A DNA stretch of 64,000 bases from Parcubacteria group bacterium (GTDB lineage Bacteria; Patescibacteriota; Patescibacteriia; UBA1558; GWA2-36-10). The stretch spans positions 47,221 to 111,220 of the forward strand of contig PQAE01000007.1 in assembly GCA_003104935.1 (NCBI GenBank), written 5' to 3'. A program made the translations under genes and the position numbers. The first letter of the stretch is position 1; the number at the start of each line of letters is the position of its first letter. The notes under the pieces were generated by a model. The model was not told where the DNA came from and did no database searches. It saw only the letters and a program-made list of their open reading frames with translations. Positions 46,819-55,258 of this stretch are shown here, in pieces.

Positions 46819-46855
46819 CCTCATACATTACTGTATGAGGCTTCTCGTTTTTGTA
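46819..46855 (+). terminator. plus-strand rho-independent terminator
   Basis: GAAGCCTCATACATTACTGTATGAGGCTTC followed by TCGTTTTTG. Confidence 0.55.
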
Positions 46856-46924
46856 TAGCTACAAAGTCTAAGGTCAAAGGACTTAAGGGTAAGTCCTAAG
46901 AACCAAAGCACTAAGTGCTATATG

Positions 46925-47503
46925 TTACTTGCAGACCGCCGCGGGGTTGCCGTCGTTGAAGTAGCTGCCCAGGTAGTAGTAGTTCCAGTTCCACTGCTGG
47001 CCATCCCAGTAGAGATAGCGGACGCACAAGTCGCCGTAGGAGCTGCGGTAGATGGTACCCCAGAAGTAGGTGTACTTTCCTTTCCACTCCTCGGGAATGA
47101 ACTGGGGATTTTTCAGATACCAATCCAAGAGATTGGCATTGAAGACCGGCTGGCCCTGGAGCTCCTTACGGAGATCGTGGCCTATGATCCAGCGACCGTC
47201 CTTCTTCCTCTCGGAGAGGTAGAGGCTGATCTTGGTGGGATCAAACTCCAACTTCCCACCACGGATGTGCTCCTCGACCTTCCAGCCGTCAGGCACGAAG
47301 GGGTTGGCGTCGAGGTCGACGATGTGTTTGGTGACGACGATCTGGGCCAGGCCGTGAAGCAGGGCTTTGATGTCGATGAGTTGAGGGTACTGACCCAGCA
47401 AAGTGATTTCTGCCGGAGTAAAATCCTTCGCCTCCAGAGCGTTCATCAGCTGATGAGTCTGACCCTCAGAATAAGAAGACATGTCTTCTCTCCTTTTTGG
47501 CAC
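46925..47503 (-). CDS. DGR-2 target (variable) protein with a Tyr/Trp-rich C-terminus
   Basis: C-terminus ...CVRYLYWDGQQWNWNYYYLGSYFNDGNPAAVCK is encoded by VR2. Confidence 0.75.
   Translation of the reverse strand: MPKRREDMSSYSEGQTHQLMNALEAKDFTPAEITLLGQYPQLIDIKALLHGLAQIVVTKHIVDLDANPFVPDGWKVEEHIRGGKLEFDPTKISLYLSERKKDGRWIIGHDLRKELQGQPVFNANLLDWYLKNPQFIPEEWKGKYTYFWGTIYRSSYGDLCVRYLYWDGQQWNWNYYYLGSYFNDGNPAAVCK
46929..47050 (-). repeat. DGR-2 variable repeat (VR2)
   Basis: Covers the 3' end of the target ORF and differs from TR2 only at TR adenine positions. Confidence 0.85.
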
Positions 47504-47856
47504 ATGTGCCTTGATTCGCCAGAGGGCTCCATTTGGTAGCCATAGCTACAAAAGTCCAATCTTCTTTACCGTCACCCTGAATTTATTTCAGGGTCTGGTA
47601 TGTGAGACTCTGAAACAAGTTCAGAGTGACCATCATTTATTAGGCTTTTGTAGCTATGGCTAGCCAAAATATGCAAGTAAGATATTAATGTACTAACATA
47701 TAATGTTAGCATATTTTATGAATTTTGTCAATAGTAGGTAAATACCCTATATAAAGCCTGTTACTCTGGAGTCTGTAGGACGATAGAGTCTATATGTATA
47801 TAATCTTATGGATTCTATCGCCGCGCTAAGCGCGGCTCCAGAATGACAAATAAAAA

Positions 47857-47973
47857 TGCGGCCAGCCACGCTTGTTCACGGTCATTGCGAGCCCGTCTCA
47901 GGGCGTGGCAATCTAAATGTTTTAGATTGCTTCGTCGCCGTAGGCTCCTCGCAATGACTATTAATTTCCGTGG
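47857..47973. repeat. nested palindromic element; its inner part is shared with 31950-32020
   Basis: GCGGCCAGCCACG...GTCATTGCGAG...TTTTAGATTGCTTCG...CTCGCAATGAC...CGTGGCTGGCCGC. Confidence 0.5.
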
Positions 47974-48025
47974 CTGGCCGCCGCAACTTTTTCTATTTTG
48001 TGTCGCTTTATGTTAAGATATAAGT

Positions 48026-48805
48026 ATGTCTGGAATAAAAGAATATACAAAATATCTCAAAGCCGGTGGTCTAAAAAAACAAACTGTCGAAAATTACCTC
48101 TGGCACACCAGTAAATTTTTGAATTGGCTGGGCACTAATGACTTAAATACGGAAAAAATTAAATCTTATCAGAAAGACTTAGTCCGCTCCGCTTATAGTC
48201 CGGCTACCGTCAACCTTCATCTCATTAGTATCAATAAATATTTAGACTATCGCGGGCTAAAATCAAAGCTTCATCTTGTGGCCGAGCCAACTAAAGAACT
48301 TGATTATCTAAATAAACGCCAGCTGTCTCTCTTTGTGGAGGCCGTGCCCAATACTTCGAAGTTTATTCATCTGCGCGACCGGGCGCTGCTGGAAATACTC
48401 TATACTACCGGGCTTAAAGTGGGGCAGATTATTTTACTAAAAAAGCATCATATTGATACCGTCAAGCAAGAAATAATTTTAGATAATAAAAAACAACTCC
48501 TCCTGCCACCTCTAGCCTGGTCGGCTCTGAAAAAATATCTGGACAGAAGAGTTGACGATATAGATTATTTATTTGTCAATCTGGATAGAGCACAAAAGGG
48601 TAAAGAAATGATGCTATCTATCCGCTCAGTCGAGAGAATTATTGAAAAATACGGCCGCCAGATCGGCTTGGAGGTAACACCGCAAATTTTACGCAATACT
48701 CTGGCCAAAAATCTAAAAAATGACGGCGCCGACCGCGGTCAATTACAAGCACAGCTGCATTTTCATACCAAACTGGGTGCGGAAAATTATCTCAAGAGAA
48801 TTTAA
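48026..48805 (+). CDS. tyrosine recombinase-like protein (small, possibly degenerate active site)
   Basis: 259 aa; N-terminal SAM-like core-binding region; RDRALLEILYTTGLKVGQ (Arg), QILRNTLA (R present, H replaced by Q), ...ENYLKRI (Tyr). Confidence 0.55.
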   Translation: MSGIKEYTKYLKAGGLKKQTVENYLWHTSKFLNWLGTNDLNTEKIKSYQKDLVRSAYSPATVNLHLISINKYLDYRGLKSKLHLVAEPTKELDYLNKRQLSLFVEAVPNTSKFIHLRDRALLEILYTTGLKVGQIILLKKHHIDTVKQEIILDNKKQLLLPPLAWSALKKYLDRRVDDIDYLFVNLDRAQKGKEMMLSIRSVERIIEKYGRQIGLEVTPQILRNTLAKNLKNDGADRGQLQAQLHFHTKLGAENYLKRI

Positions 48806-48896
48806 AATAAAAAAAACGTTGACCCCCTCTTCCGTCTCCCCCTTGGTAAGGGGGAGAAAAAGCAGGGTTATTAAGTGCGCCGTTTTTGAATTGCTA

Positions 48897-49442
48897 TTAT
48901 CTTTTGTAAATCCCAATAAGCTGTGCCGTGTCCAAAACATGCCCCTGTATTTCTTTGAGCACATCGGCTTTAGTGGAATTGAACGGCAGGTCTAATAAAT
49001 TATCCAGAGCGTAAAGTGTAAAAACATAAGAATGTTCCCCGTCTGGCGGGCAGGGACCGCCATAAGCTTGTTTACCACCGCTATTCATACCGACGATGCC
49101 GGCCGGTTTGGTATCTTCGGCAATACTAAGATTGCCCGGCATAATATTCCAGACTAACCAGTGATCCCAGACCTTGCCGGCGGGTTTGATAGCATCCGGA
49201 TCATCCATAATCAGTACCAAACTCTGCGTGCCCTCAGGAATTTCCGCAAAACTCAGAGGTGGATTTATATTTTGTCCGTCGCACGTATACTTTGCAGGTA
49301 TTAAATCGTTATTTTGAAAAGCAGTTGATGTAATATTCATATGATTATTGTTTATATTAAAATTTTTGACCGGAGCAGTTTGCTCCTGAGAAGTGCAACC
49401 GGTCAAGAACAATACCAAGGTTATTAATAAAAAAACCCTCAT
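48897..49442 (-). CDS. YbhB/YbcL (PEBP) family protein, lipoprotein
   Basis: Lipobox LTGC; YTCDGQNINPPLSF...DDPDA...WDHWLVWNI...YGGPCPPDGEHSYVFTLYALD. Confidence 0.75.
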   Translation of the reverse strand: MRVFLLITLVLFLTGCTSQEQTAPVKNFNINNNHMNITSTAFQNNDLIPAKYTCDGQNINPPLSFAEIPEGTQSLVLIMDDPDAIKPAGKVWDHWLVWNIMPGNLSIAEDTKPAGIVGMNSGGKQAYGGPCPPDGEHSYVFTLYALDNLLDLPFNSTKADVLKEIQGHVLDTAQLIGIYKR

Positions 49443-49578
49443 AACGATATTATAGCCATTTTAGGCCCAGTAGTAAAATCAATATCCGGCCGTCATATTT
49501 GACAAATCAGTTAAATAGGCTTAAATTAAGGCATTATTTAAGTTCATCAAAACCTGAGTTATTGAAGGAGGCAAAAAA

Positions 49579-50628
49579 ATGATCAACCCCGGCCAGTTTG
49601 TGATCATGAGCGGCACCGGGAATCATGATCTTGCTCAGCGCGTTCTGGACGTGGTCAACGGATTGGGCTTCAATAAACTGAAGTTCAACCATTTGTCCAA
49701 GGATTCTTACCAAGACGGTGAGGACGATACCAGCATCGAGAAACCGGAATCGCTCCACGGAAAAGATCTGGTCTTTTTTCAGAGCATCTTTGGCATCCCC
49801 TTGCTGTTGGAGTTTCTCCAGATCGTCTGGGCCGCCAAGTTCCAATATGGCGCTCGTTCGGTCACGGCTGTGTTGCCGTTTTTCATCTACCGGCGCCAGG
49901 ATCATCCGGAAATCATCGAGGAGATCTATCGCAACCAGTGGCTAGTGGCGATGATGAAGGCCTCTGGCGTCGATCGGGTGCTTTTCTGCGACGTCCATTC
50001 TCAGCGCAGTTTGCAAAATTGCGCCCAGTACGGCATCGAAGCCTATAACGTCATTCCGTCCACGGCTTTTGCCGAGCATCTCAGTCCGCTGGTGGAAACC
50101 GCCCATGAGCAAGGCCGGAAGTTTTACGTCTATGCGCCGGATGAAGGGGCGCTAGTCAGAGCTGTTGATCTGGCCAAAACCCTGAAAGTCAAGTTAGTGG
50201 CCACTCTCAAAAGGAGAGATTACAAGGGCGATCTGGTCATCTACAAAGATTTGGTCAGATTGCAAGAACTTTCCCGGCAACACAGCTTCCCGATTGCCTG
50301 GGCTGATAAACGGCGCATCAAAGGACATGACGTCTGTGTCCGCGACGATGAGCTTGCCACCGGCAGCACCGCTCACAAGACAGGTTGGTATGCCCGTAAG
50401 CATCTGGGCGCCAACAAAGTCTTTTTCTGCGCTTCATCTGCTGTCTGCGCGCCCGGTTGGCGCAGGAAATTCCTGCGCAATACTCCCTTTGACCACGCTT
50501 TCTTGGGGAATTGTATCCCCCGCGACTATCCTCGCAGTACGGGCGGTCACGCCACTACGGTCCATGTTTCCCGACCTTTGGGAAACCAGCTCTTCAAAAT
50601 CATGGCCGGCATTCCCAAAGCCGACTAA
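49579..50628 (+). CDS. ribose-phosphate pyrophosphokinase-like protein (Prs family), GC-rich
   Basis: VIMSGTGNHDLAQRV, FCDVHSQRS, VRDDELATGSTAH (PRPP-binding loop); ~55% GC. Confidence 0.55.
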   Translation: MINPGQFVIMSGTGNHDLAQRVLDVVNGLGFNKLKFNHLSKDSYQDGEDDTSIEKPESLHGKDLVFFQSIFGIPLLLEFLQIVWAAKFQYGARSVTAVLPFFIYRRQDHPEIIEEIYRNQWLVAMMKASGVDRVLFCDVHSQRSLQNCAQYGIEAYNVIPSTAFAEHLSPLVETAHEQGRKFYVYAPDEGALVRAVDLAKTLKVKLVATLKRRDYKGDLVIYKDLVRLQELSRQHSFPIAWADKRRIKGHDVCVRDDELATGSTAHKTGWYARKHLGANKVFFCASSAVCAPGWRRKFLRNTPFDHAFLGNCIPRDYPRSTGGHATTVHVSRPLGNQLFKIMAGIPKAD

Positions 50629-50685
50629 AAAGCCCCCCAGTATCAAGCGTCAAACGCAGGTACTGGGGGGTTTTGCATTTATGAA

Positions 50686-51147
50686 TTAGGGGATTAGCTC
50701 AAACCAGCGGCAATTGGAAATGTCGTTGTTACAAGTATATTTTACTTTTCGCGTCGCTCCGGTGCTACTAGCTGTGGCTTCTATATTGGTCAGACAATCA
50801 GTGCCACAATCCAGATCATCGACAAAAACAGTATTAACTTCAAAACCACTGACCGTCATAGTGGCAAAAATGAAATTAGTCGGTTCGCGACGGAGTTGCA
50901 TGATCGCTTCACCTAAACCGGATTCCGAAGCGTAAAAAGCTTGAGTGGAATCCAAAAAAGATTTGGTACTGATCTGATTGTTATTAGCCGTCACCGCCGT
51001 AGAAATCGCGATGGTTAGTACCGCCGCCGATATTACCATAGCGGCTATGATCGCCGCGGCTCCGGATCTTTTGTGATTTGTTTTAAACATCTTAGCGAAT
51101 GCTGATAAAAGTCTGATAAGTTTGCTGCAAATATCTGAGAGGGTCAA
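50686..51147 (-). CDS. pilus-assembly PilX-like minor pilin, membrane-anchored
   Basis: KRSGAAAIIAAMVISAAVLTIAIS N-terminal helix; within the type IV pilus cluster. Confidence 0.4.
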   Translation of the reverse strand: MTLSDICSKLIRLLSAFAKMFKTNHKRSGAAAIIAAMVISAAVLTIAISTAVTANNNQISTKSFLDSTQAFYASESGLGEAIMQLRREPTNFIFATMTVSGFEVNTVFVDDLDCGTDCLTNIEATASSTGATRKVKYTCNNDISNCRWFELIP

Positions 51148-51625
51148 CGGTAGCGGCGGTGGTTAGTGTAAAACCTATCTCTACTCCTTTGTTCGCCACG
51201 CCGGCGTTATTGGTCAGACTCTGCAAAGTCAAACCCGAAACACTTATGTTGGACGAATTTAGTATCACTGGTGTGACACTGGACTGGGCCGGAAAACCGC
51301 CACCCTGATCGTCAGATTGGCGATAAACCAACTTGTCGGATTCCAAAGTGATGCTAAAACGTGAAGTACTGGAAGTATAAAATAATAATTTTTCTATTGC
51401 CGGAGAAACATCTTCCATATAATCCACATTATGCACGCGGTTGGCTATAAAATTCAAAATAAAACGGGCATTGTGGTTTACCGAGTCCGACGATTGTTGC
51501 ATCTTCTTGGCGTTATAAATATTAATCACCAAACTGCCGACGGTAATTAAAATAATGGCCGTAATGGAAAAATACATTATAGTTTCTATGAGAGTAAAGC
51601 CTTTTTTTATTTTCTTACCCTTCAT
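51092..51625 (-). CDS. prepilin-type N-terminal cleavage/methylation domain protein (pseudopilin)
   Basis: MKGKKIKKGFTLIETIMYFSITAIIL. Confidence 0.7.
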   Translation of the reverse strand: MKGKKIKKGFTLIETIMYFSITAIILITVGSLVINIYNAKKMQQSSDSVNHNARFILNFIANRVHNVDYMEDVSPAIEKLLFYTSSTSRFSITLESDKLVYRQSDDQGGGFPAQSSVTPVILNSSNISVSGLTLQSLTNNAGVANKGVEIGFTLTTAATVDPLRYLQQTYQTFISIR

Positions 51626-51626
51626 C

Positions 51627-53525
51627 TCAATTAATGCTATAACTGATGGTTACTTCCTCCAACACGGGCGCCAACAATTCCGCTGTGCTGGACATAAATA
51701 ATTTGTATCTAATATACCTTTGATTAACATGCTGGCTATAGTTTATATATTCATGAGCGCCGACGGTATAGTAAGTAGCCGCTGTGCCATTCGGCCCGGC
51801 ATAATTCCAGGGGCCGCCGATGTCGTTGCTGGTGGCCAATTGAAACTTCATAACGGTATTATCCGGCATGGTGCCGGTCCAAGATATCCAATTATAAACA
51901 GTTTGATTGCTACCGGTGTCGTAAGTCGATGACTCTAGAGTGCCGGCAACGGAATATCCGCAATTGGAAACCTGTGTCCAGATTATAAAAAATTCCTTTT
52001 GATTGCCGGAAGTAGCGGCATAAATCACCGAACAGTTAGCCGACATACCCAAAACAAAACCGTATAGATTAAAACCCGATATTTTAGTAATCGCCGCCGG
52101 GTTAGCAATATCAATAACTACCAATTCCTCGTCCAAAAAATTCGTGCCTAATAAAGCGTATTGACCGACAATTGCAAAAGAATGAACTGACTCCCCGACC
52201 TCATACGAGCCTAATAAAACCGGAGCGGATGGGTCAGTAATGTCAAAAACATAAAATTCAGGATAAGAACCGTTATTTTCCGTAGCTAAATAAGCCCGGG
52301 TACCCCGCACATTAACATCGGTAGCTTTGAGATTGCCCGATAAATTATATTGCCCCCGCGGCAACAAGTTGGCCGGGTTAGTAGCGTCTATTATTTGCAG
52401 TTCCTTGTCGCTATCTTGAGTAGCGATAAAGACGTTATTTTCCGCTAAATACAATTCCCAGGCATTATCATCGACGGAAATGCTATCTAACAACAGTGGA
52501 GCCGCTGGATTAGCCAGTGAAAAAGCATAGAGGTTAGCCCCCTGTACCACAAAAACCTGGGAGTTGTTCAATACTAAATCCCGGGCATCATCGTTTGAGG
52601 GTAGGTTATAGGTATAAATAATATGGGGATTCTGTCTATCAGAAACATCAACCACGGTTATTTCCGAATTATTTCCTCGGGTAGACAAATAGGCATAATT
52701 GCCCTGAGTCACTACCGAGGTGACTCCATCGCCGATATCCAAAGAAGAAATTAATACCGGACTGCCGATATTACTGACATCCAATATGTAAAACTCTGAA
52801 CCGGAGGGATTATTTTCCGTCACTAAATAGGCGATACCGTTAACCTCAAAAACATCGGTATCGTCAAAATTTCCCGGCGTATCAAAATATGCTGTGGTTG
52901 TGGCCTGGGTCCAATCAATATGACCGGCCGACAAGGTGGCTGTACCGGCAAAGGAAACATCAATACCACTGTCTTTAGTATAAAATTTAGTGGGATCGGA
53001 CCACTGGTTTTGACCCGCGCCGCCGGACCAGTCCGTCTGGATCCAACGAGTCGCCCCCCAGCGATACCGAAAATTCTCTAAAGCTACGCTTTTTTCTTGA
53101 CCAATGGCGCTGGGCCAGGTTATATCCACGGTTATTTTTTTGGTATCTGGATCGAGATAGCCACCCGTAGCAACTATCGCTCCGTGTACCTGACCATTAG
53201 TAGAACTAGCTCTATAAACATCACTGACTGTTAAAAGACGGGTGTATTTGCCATCAAGAAGCTCGCTACCCGAAGCCAGGTTCCAAGTACCGCCGCTAAC
53301 TACCGGATGGTATTGCCCGCTACTGAGGTTGGACCAGGAAATCAAATTAGCCGCCTCAATACCCTCGGTGGCGTCAAAAATTGCCTGTGTGCGTTCCTGA
53401 TTAAAACGGCGTAACTGAAAACTATGTCCGCTGATACTGATGGTTAGGACGATAATGACCGCCACAAAAGATATAGCCACCAACAATTCAATCAGTGAAA
53501 ATCCTTTTTTATTTTTACCGATCAT
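51627..53525 (-). CDS. large prepilin-type protein with a beta-propeller-like (LVIVD-repeat-like) domain; candidate tip adhesin
   Basis: MIGKNKKGFSLIELLVAISFVAVI followed by ~600 aa carrying repeated ...Y(A/L)...VVDVS... units. Confidence 0.6.
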   Translation of the reverse strand: MIGKNKKGFSLIELLVAISFVAVIIVLTISISGHSFQLRRFNQERTQAIFDATEGIEAANLISWSNLSSGQYHPVVSGGTWNLASGSELLDGKYTRLLTVSDVYRASSTNGQVHGAIVATGGYLDPDTKKITVDITWPSAIGQEKSVALENFRYRWGATRWIQTDWSGGAGQNQWSDPTKFYTKDSGIDVSFAGTATLSAGHIDWTQATTTAYFDTPGNFDDTDVFEVNGIAYLVTENNPSGSEFYILDVSNIGSPVLISSLDIGDGVTSVVTQGNYAYLSTRGNNSEITVVDVSDRQNPHIIYTYNLPSNDDARDLVLNNSQVFVVQGANLYAFSLANPAAPLLLDSISVDDNAWELYLAENNVFIATQDSDKELQIIDATNPANLLPRGQYNLSGNLKATDVNVRGTRAYLATENNGSYPEFYVFDITDPSAPVLLGSYEVGESVHSFAIVGQYALLGTNFLDEELVVIDIANPAAITKISGFNLYGFVLGMSANCSVIYAATSGNQKEFFIIWTQVSNCGYSVAGTLESSTYDTGSNQTVYNWISWTGTMPDNTVMKFQLATSNDIGGPWNYAGPNGTAATYYTVGAHEYINYSQHVNQRYIRYKLFMSSTAELLAPVLEEVTISYSIN

Positions 53526-54001
53526 AAATCAATCAGGCCTGAGGCCTCTATTTTTATTTCCTGAATTTGGTTATTGTCCGGGATGAAAAAAAGAGTGATT
53601 GTTCCGGTGTTGTTTGTCTCTCCGGTAAATTTGCCGAAGATCACGTCTGCCCCGCGCAAACTTAGGTCTTTAGCAAAGGTAGAGGTAGGTCTAAACACAG
53701 CTACTTTATCTAGATACCAAATTTTGTTGGTGGGATCGAGACTATCGTAGGTACTGCTGGCAAAAAGCGTATAGCTATTTTCTTCCAGATGCACTCCCCA
53801 GTCTTTGCCTCCGGCCGCCGCCGTAGCTAACTGCTGTGCCCGATACAAAACACTGGCTAAATTTTCCTTGCTGGTCACTAGTTGCTGATAGTATCGCCAA
53901 TGCTGATAGGTGGTAAAACCAAAGTAAGATATTATCCCTAATATAGCTATGACTACCAGTACTTCGATGATGCTAAATCCTCGATGTTTGATCATGCTCA
54001 A
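53522..54001 (-). CDS. prepilin-type pseudopilin
   Basis: MSMIKHRGFSIIEVLVVIAILGII. Confidence 0.7.
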   Translation of the reverse strand: MSMIKHRGFSIIEVLVVIAILGIISYFGFTTYQHWRYYQQLVTSKENLASVLYRAQQLATAAAGGKDWGVHLEENSYTLFASSTYDSLDPTNKIWYLDKVAVFRPTSTFAKDLSLRGADVIFGKFTGETNNTGTITLFFIPDNNQIQEIKIEASGLIDL

Positions 54002-55257
54002 TCCGCAAAGCTAAGAGTTAATTGGTACATCGGGCTAATCACTGAGACCGCGATAAAACCCACGGCCACACCTACAAGCAGTAGTAAAACCGGCTCGATG
54101 ATAGTAGATAAATTTGCCAAGGTGTTGGTCACCCGGTCCTCATAATACTCGCCGATTTTTGCTAAGATACTTTCCAGTTCTCCGGTCTTGGCTCCGACCT
54201 GGCAAAGCTGAATAGCTAGTGACGGGAATAAATTGGAACGCTCGCTCATGGTCTTGTCCAGGGGCTCTCCTTTTTCCAACTCCTTGGCCATGTCCAGCAC
54301 TGCCAACCGATATTTCATATTACCCAATGTCTTACCGACTATTTCCATCGAGGTGACAATCGCCAAACCAGCTCCTAATAGCGTATGTAGGTTGCTGGCA
54401 TATCTGGTGAGATTAATATCTTTGATAATCCGTCCAGCGATAGGCATTTTTAACAAAAAACTGTGTAATAATAACTTTGGTTTTGGCAGTTTAAAAATAA
54501 TTTTGAACAAAATAAACAAAATGACTAGGGCCAGCAGAATATAGATATAATAATTTCTGATAGTATTACTGATAAAGCGAACCGCCACTAACGTAAATGG
54601 TAATTTAACTCCGGCGTCTTCAAACATGGTAACTAATTGAGGGAAAACCATCGTGGCCAGAACCAAGCTGACCACCACTAAAGCGATTAAAACAATGCAG
54701 GGATACATCAGGGCGCCCAATACCTTGCTCTTTAGGGCCTTTTGCGATTTAAGGGTGATAGCCAAGCGCGCCAGAGTTTCTGGCAACATACCGGTATTTT
54801 CTCCCACTTCGACCGAAGCGATGATCATCTCGGAAAAAACTTTAGGATAAAGCTTCATACCTTTGGATAAGAGCTGTCCGTTTTCCACGTTGTCTTCCAG
54901 ATGCGCTAATATTTTTTTAAAATATTTATTTTTTGTTTCCTGAGCTAAAGTATGGAGTGCCGGCGCTAAAGGCAGACCGGCCTTAAGCATGGTGGAGAGG
55001 TTGTCCACAAACATCATCTCTTCAGTCAAGGAAACCCGGCTAAAAAATTCTCTCAGCCGTCCGACTCTTTTTTCATCCGTTTTTTTGACGGGCGGGTTGG
55101 GGTGCTTCTCCTCCTTGTCCGGCTTAGCAGCATGACGATTGTAAGGGGCCGGTGGCGCTTTGGGCGCGGCCTTGACCGGAACTTCTTTAGAGGTCTCGGC
55201 CTTTTTTTGAAGGTCGGTATCGTCGATCAGGTGGTGTTTAGTGTCTAAATATTCCAT
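53998..55257 (-). CDS. pilC: type IV pilus / type II secretion platform protein (GspF/PilC family)
   Basis: Two T2SSF-like repeats and three transmembrane segments; 419 aa; immediately downstream of the ATPase gene. Confidence 0.8.
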   Translation of the reverse strand: MEYLDTKHHLIDDTDLQKKAETSKEVPVKAAPKAPPAPYNRHAAKPDKEEKHPNPPVKKTDEKRVGRLREFFSRVSLTEEMMFVDNLSTMLKAGLPLAPALHTLAQETKNKYFKKILAHLEDNVENGQLLSKGMKLYPKVFSEMIIASVEVGENTGMLPETLARLAITLKSQKALKSKVLGALMYPCIVLIALVVVSLVLATMVFPQLVTMFEDAGVKLPFTLVAVRFISNTIRNYYIYILLALVILFILFKIIFKLPKPKLLLHSFLLKMPIAGRIIKDINLTRYASNLHTLLGAGLAIVTSMEIVGKTLGNMKYRLAVLDMAKELEKGEPLDKTMSERSNLFPSLAIQLCQVGAKTGELESILAKIGEYYEDRVTNTLANLSTIIEPVLLLLVGVAVGFIAVSVISPMYQLTLSFAD

Positions 55258-55258
55258 A

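Noticed and set aside
46922-47539. ORF 46922-47539(+), 205 aa
   Set aside because: Antisense to the DGR-2 target gene; low-complexity translation (Val/Ala/Leu runs) with no domain features.
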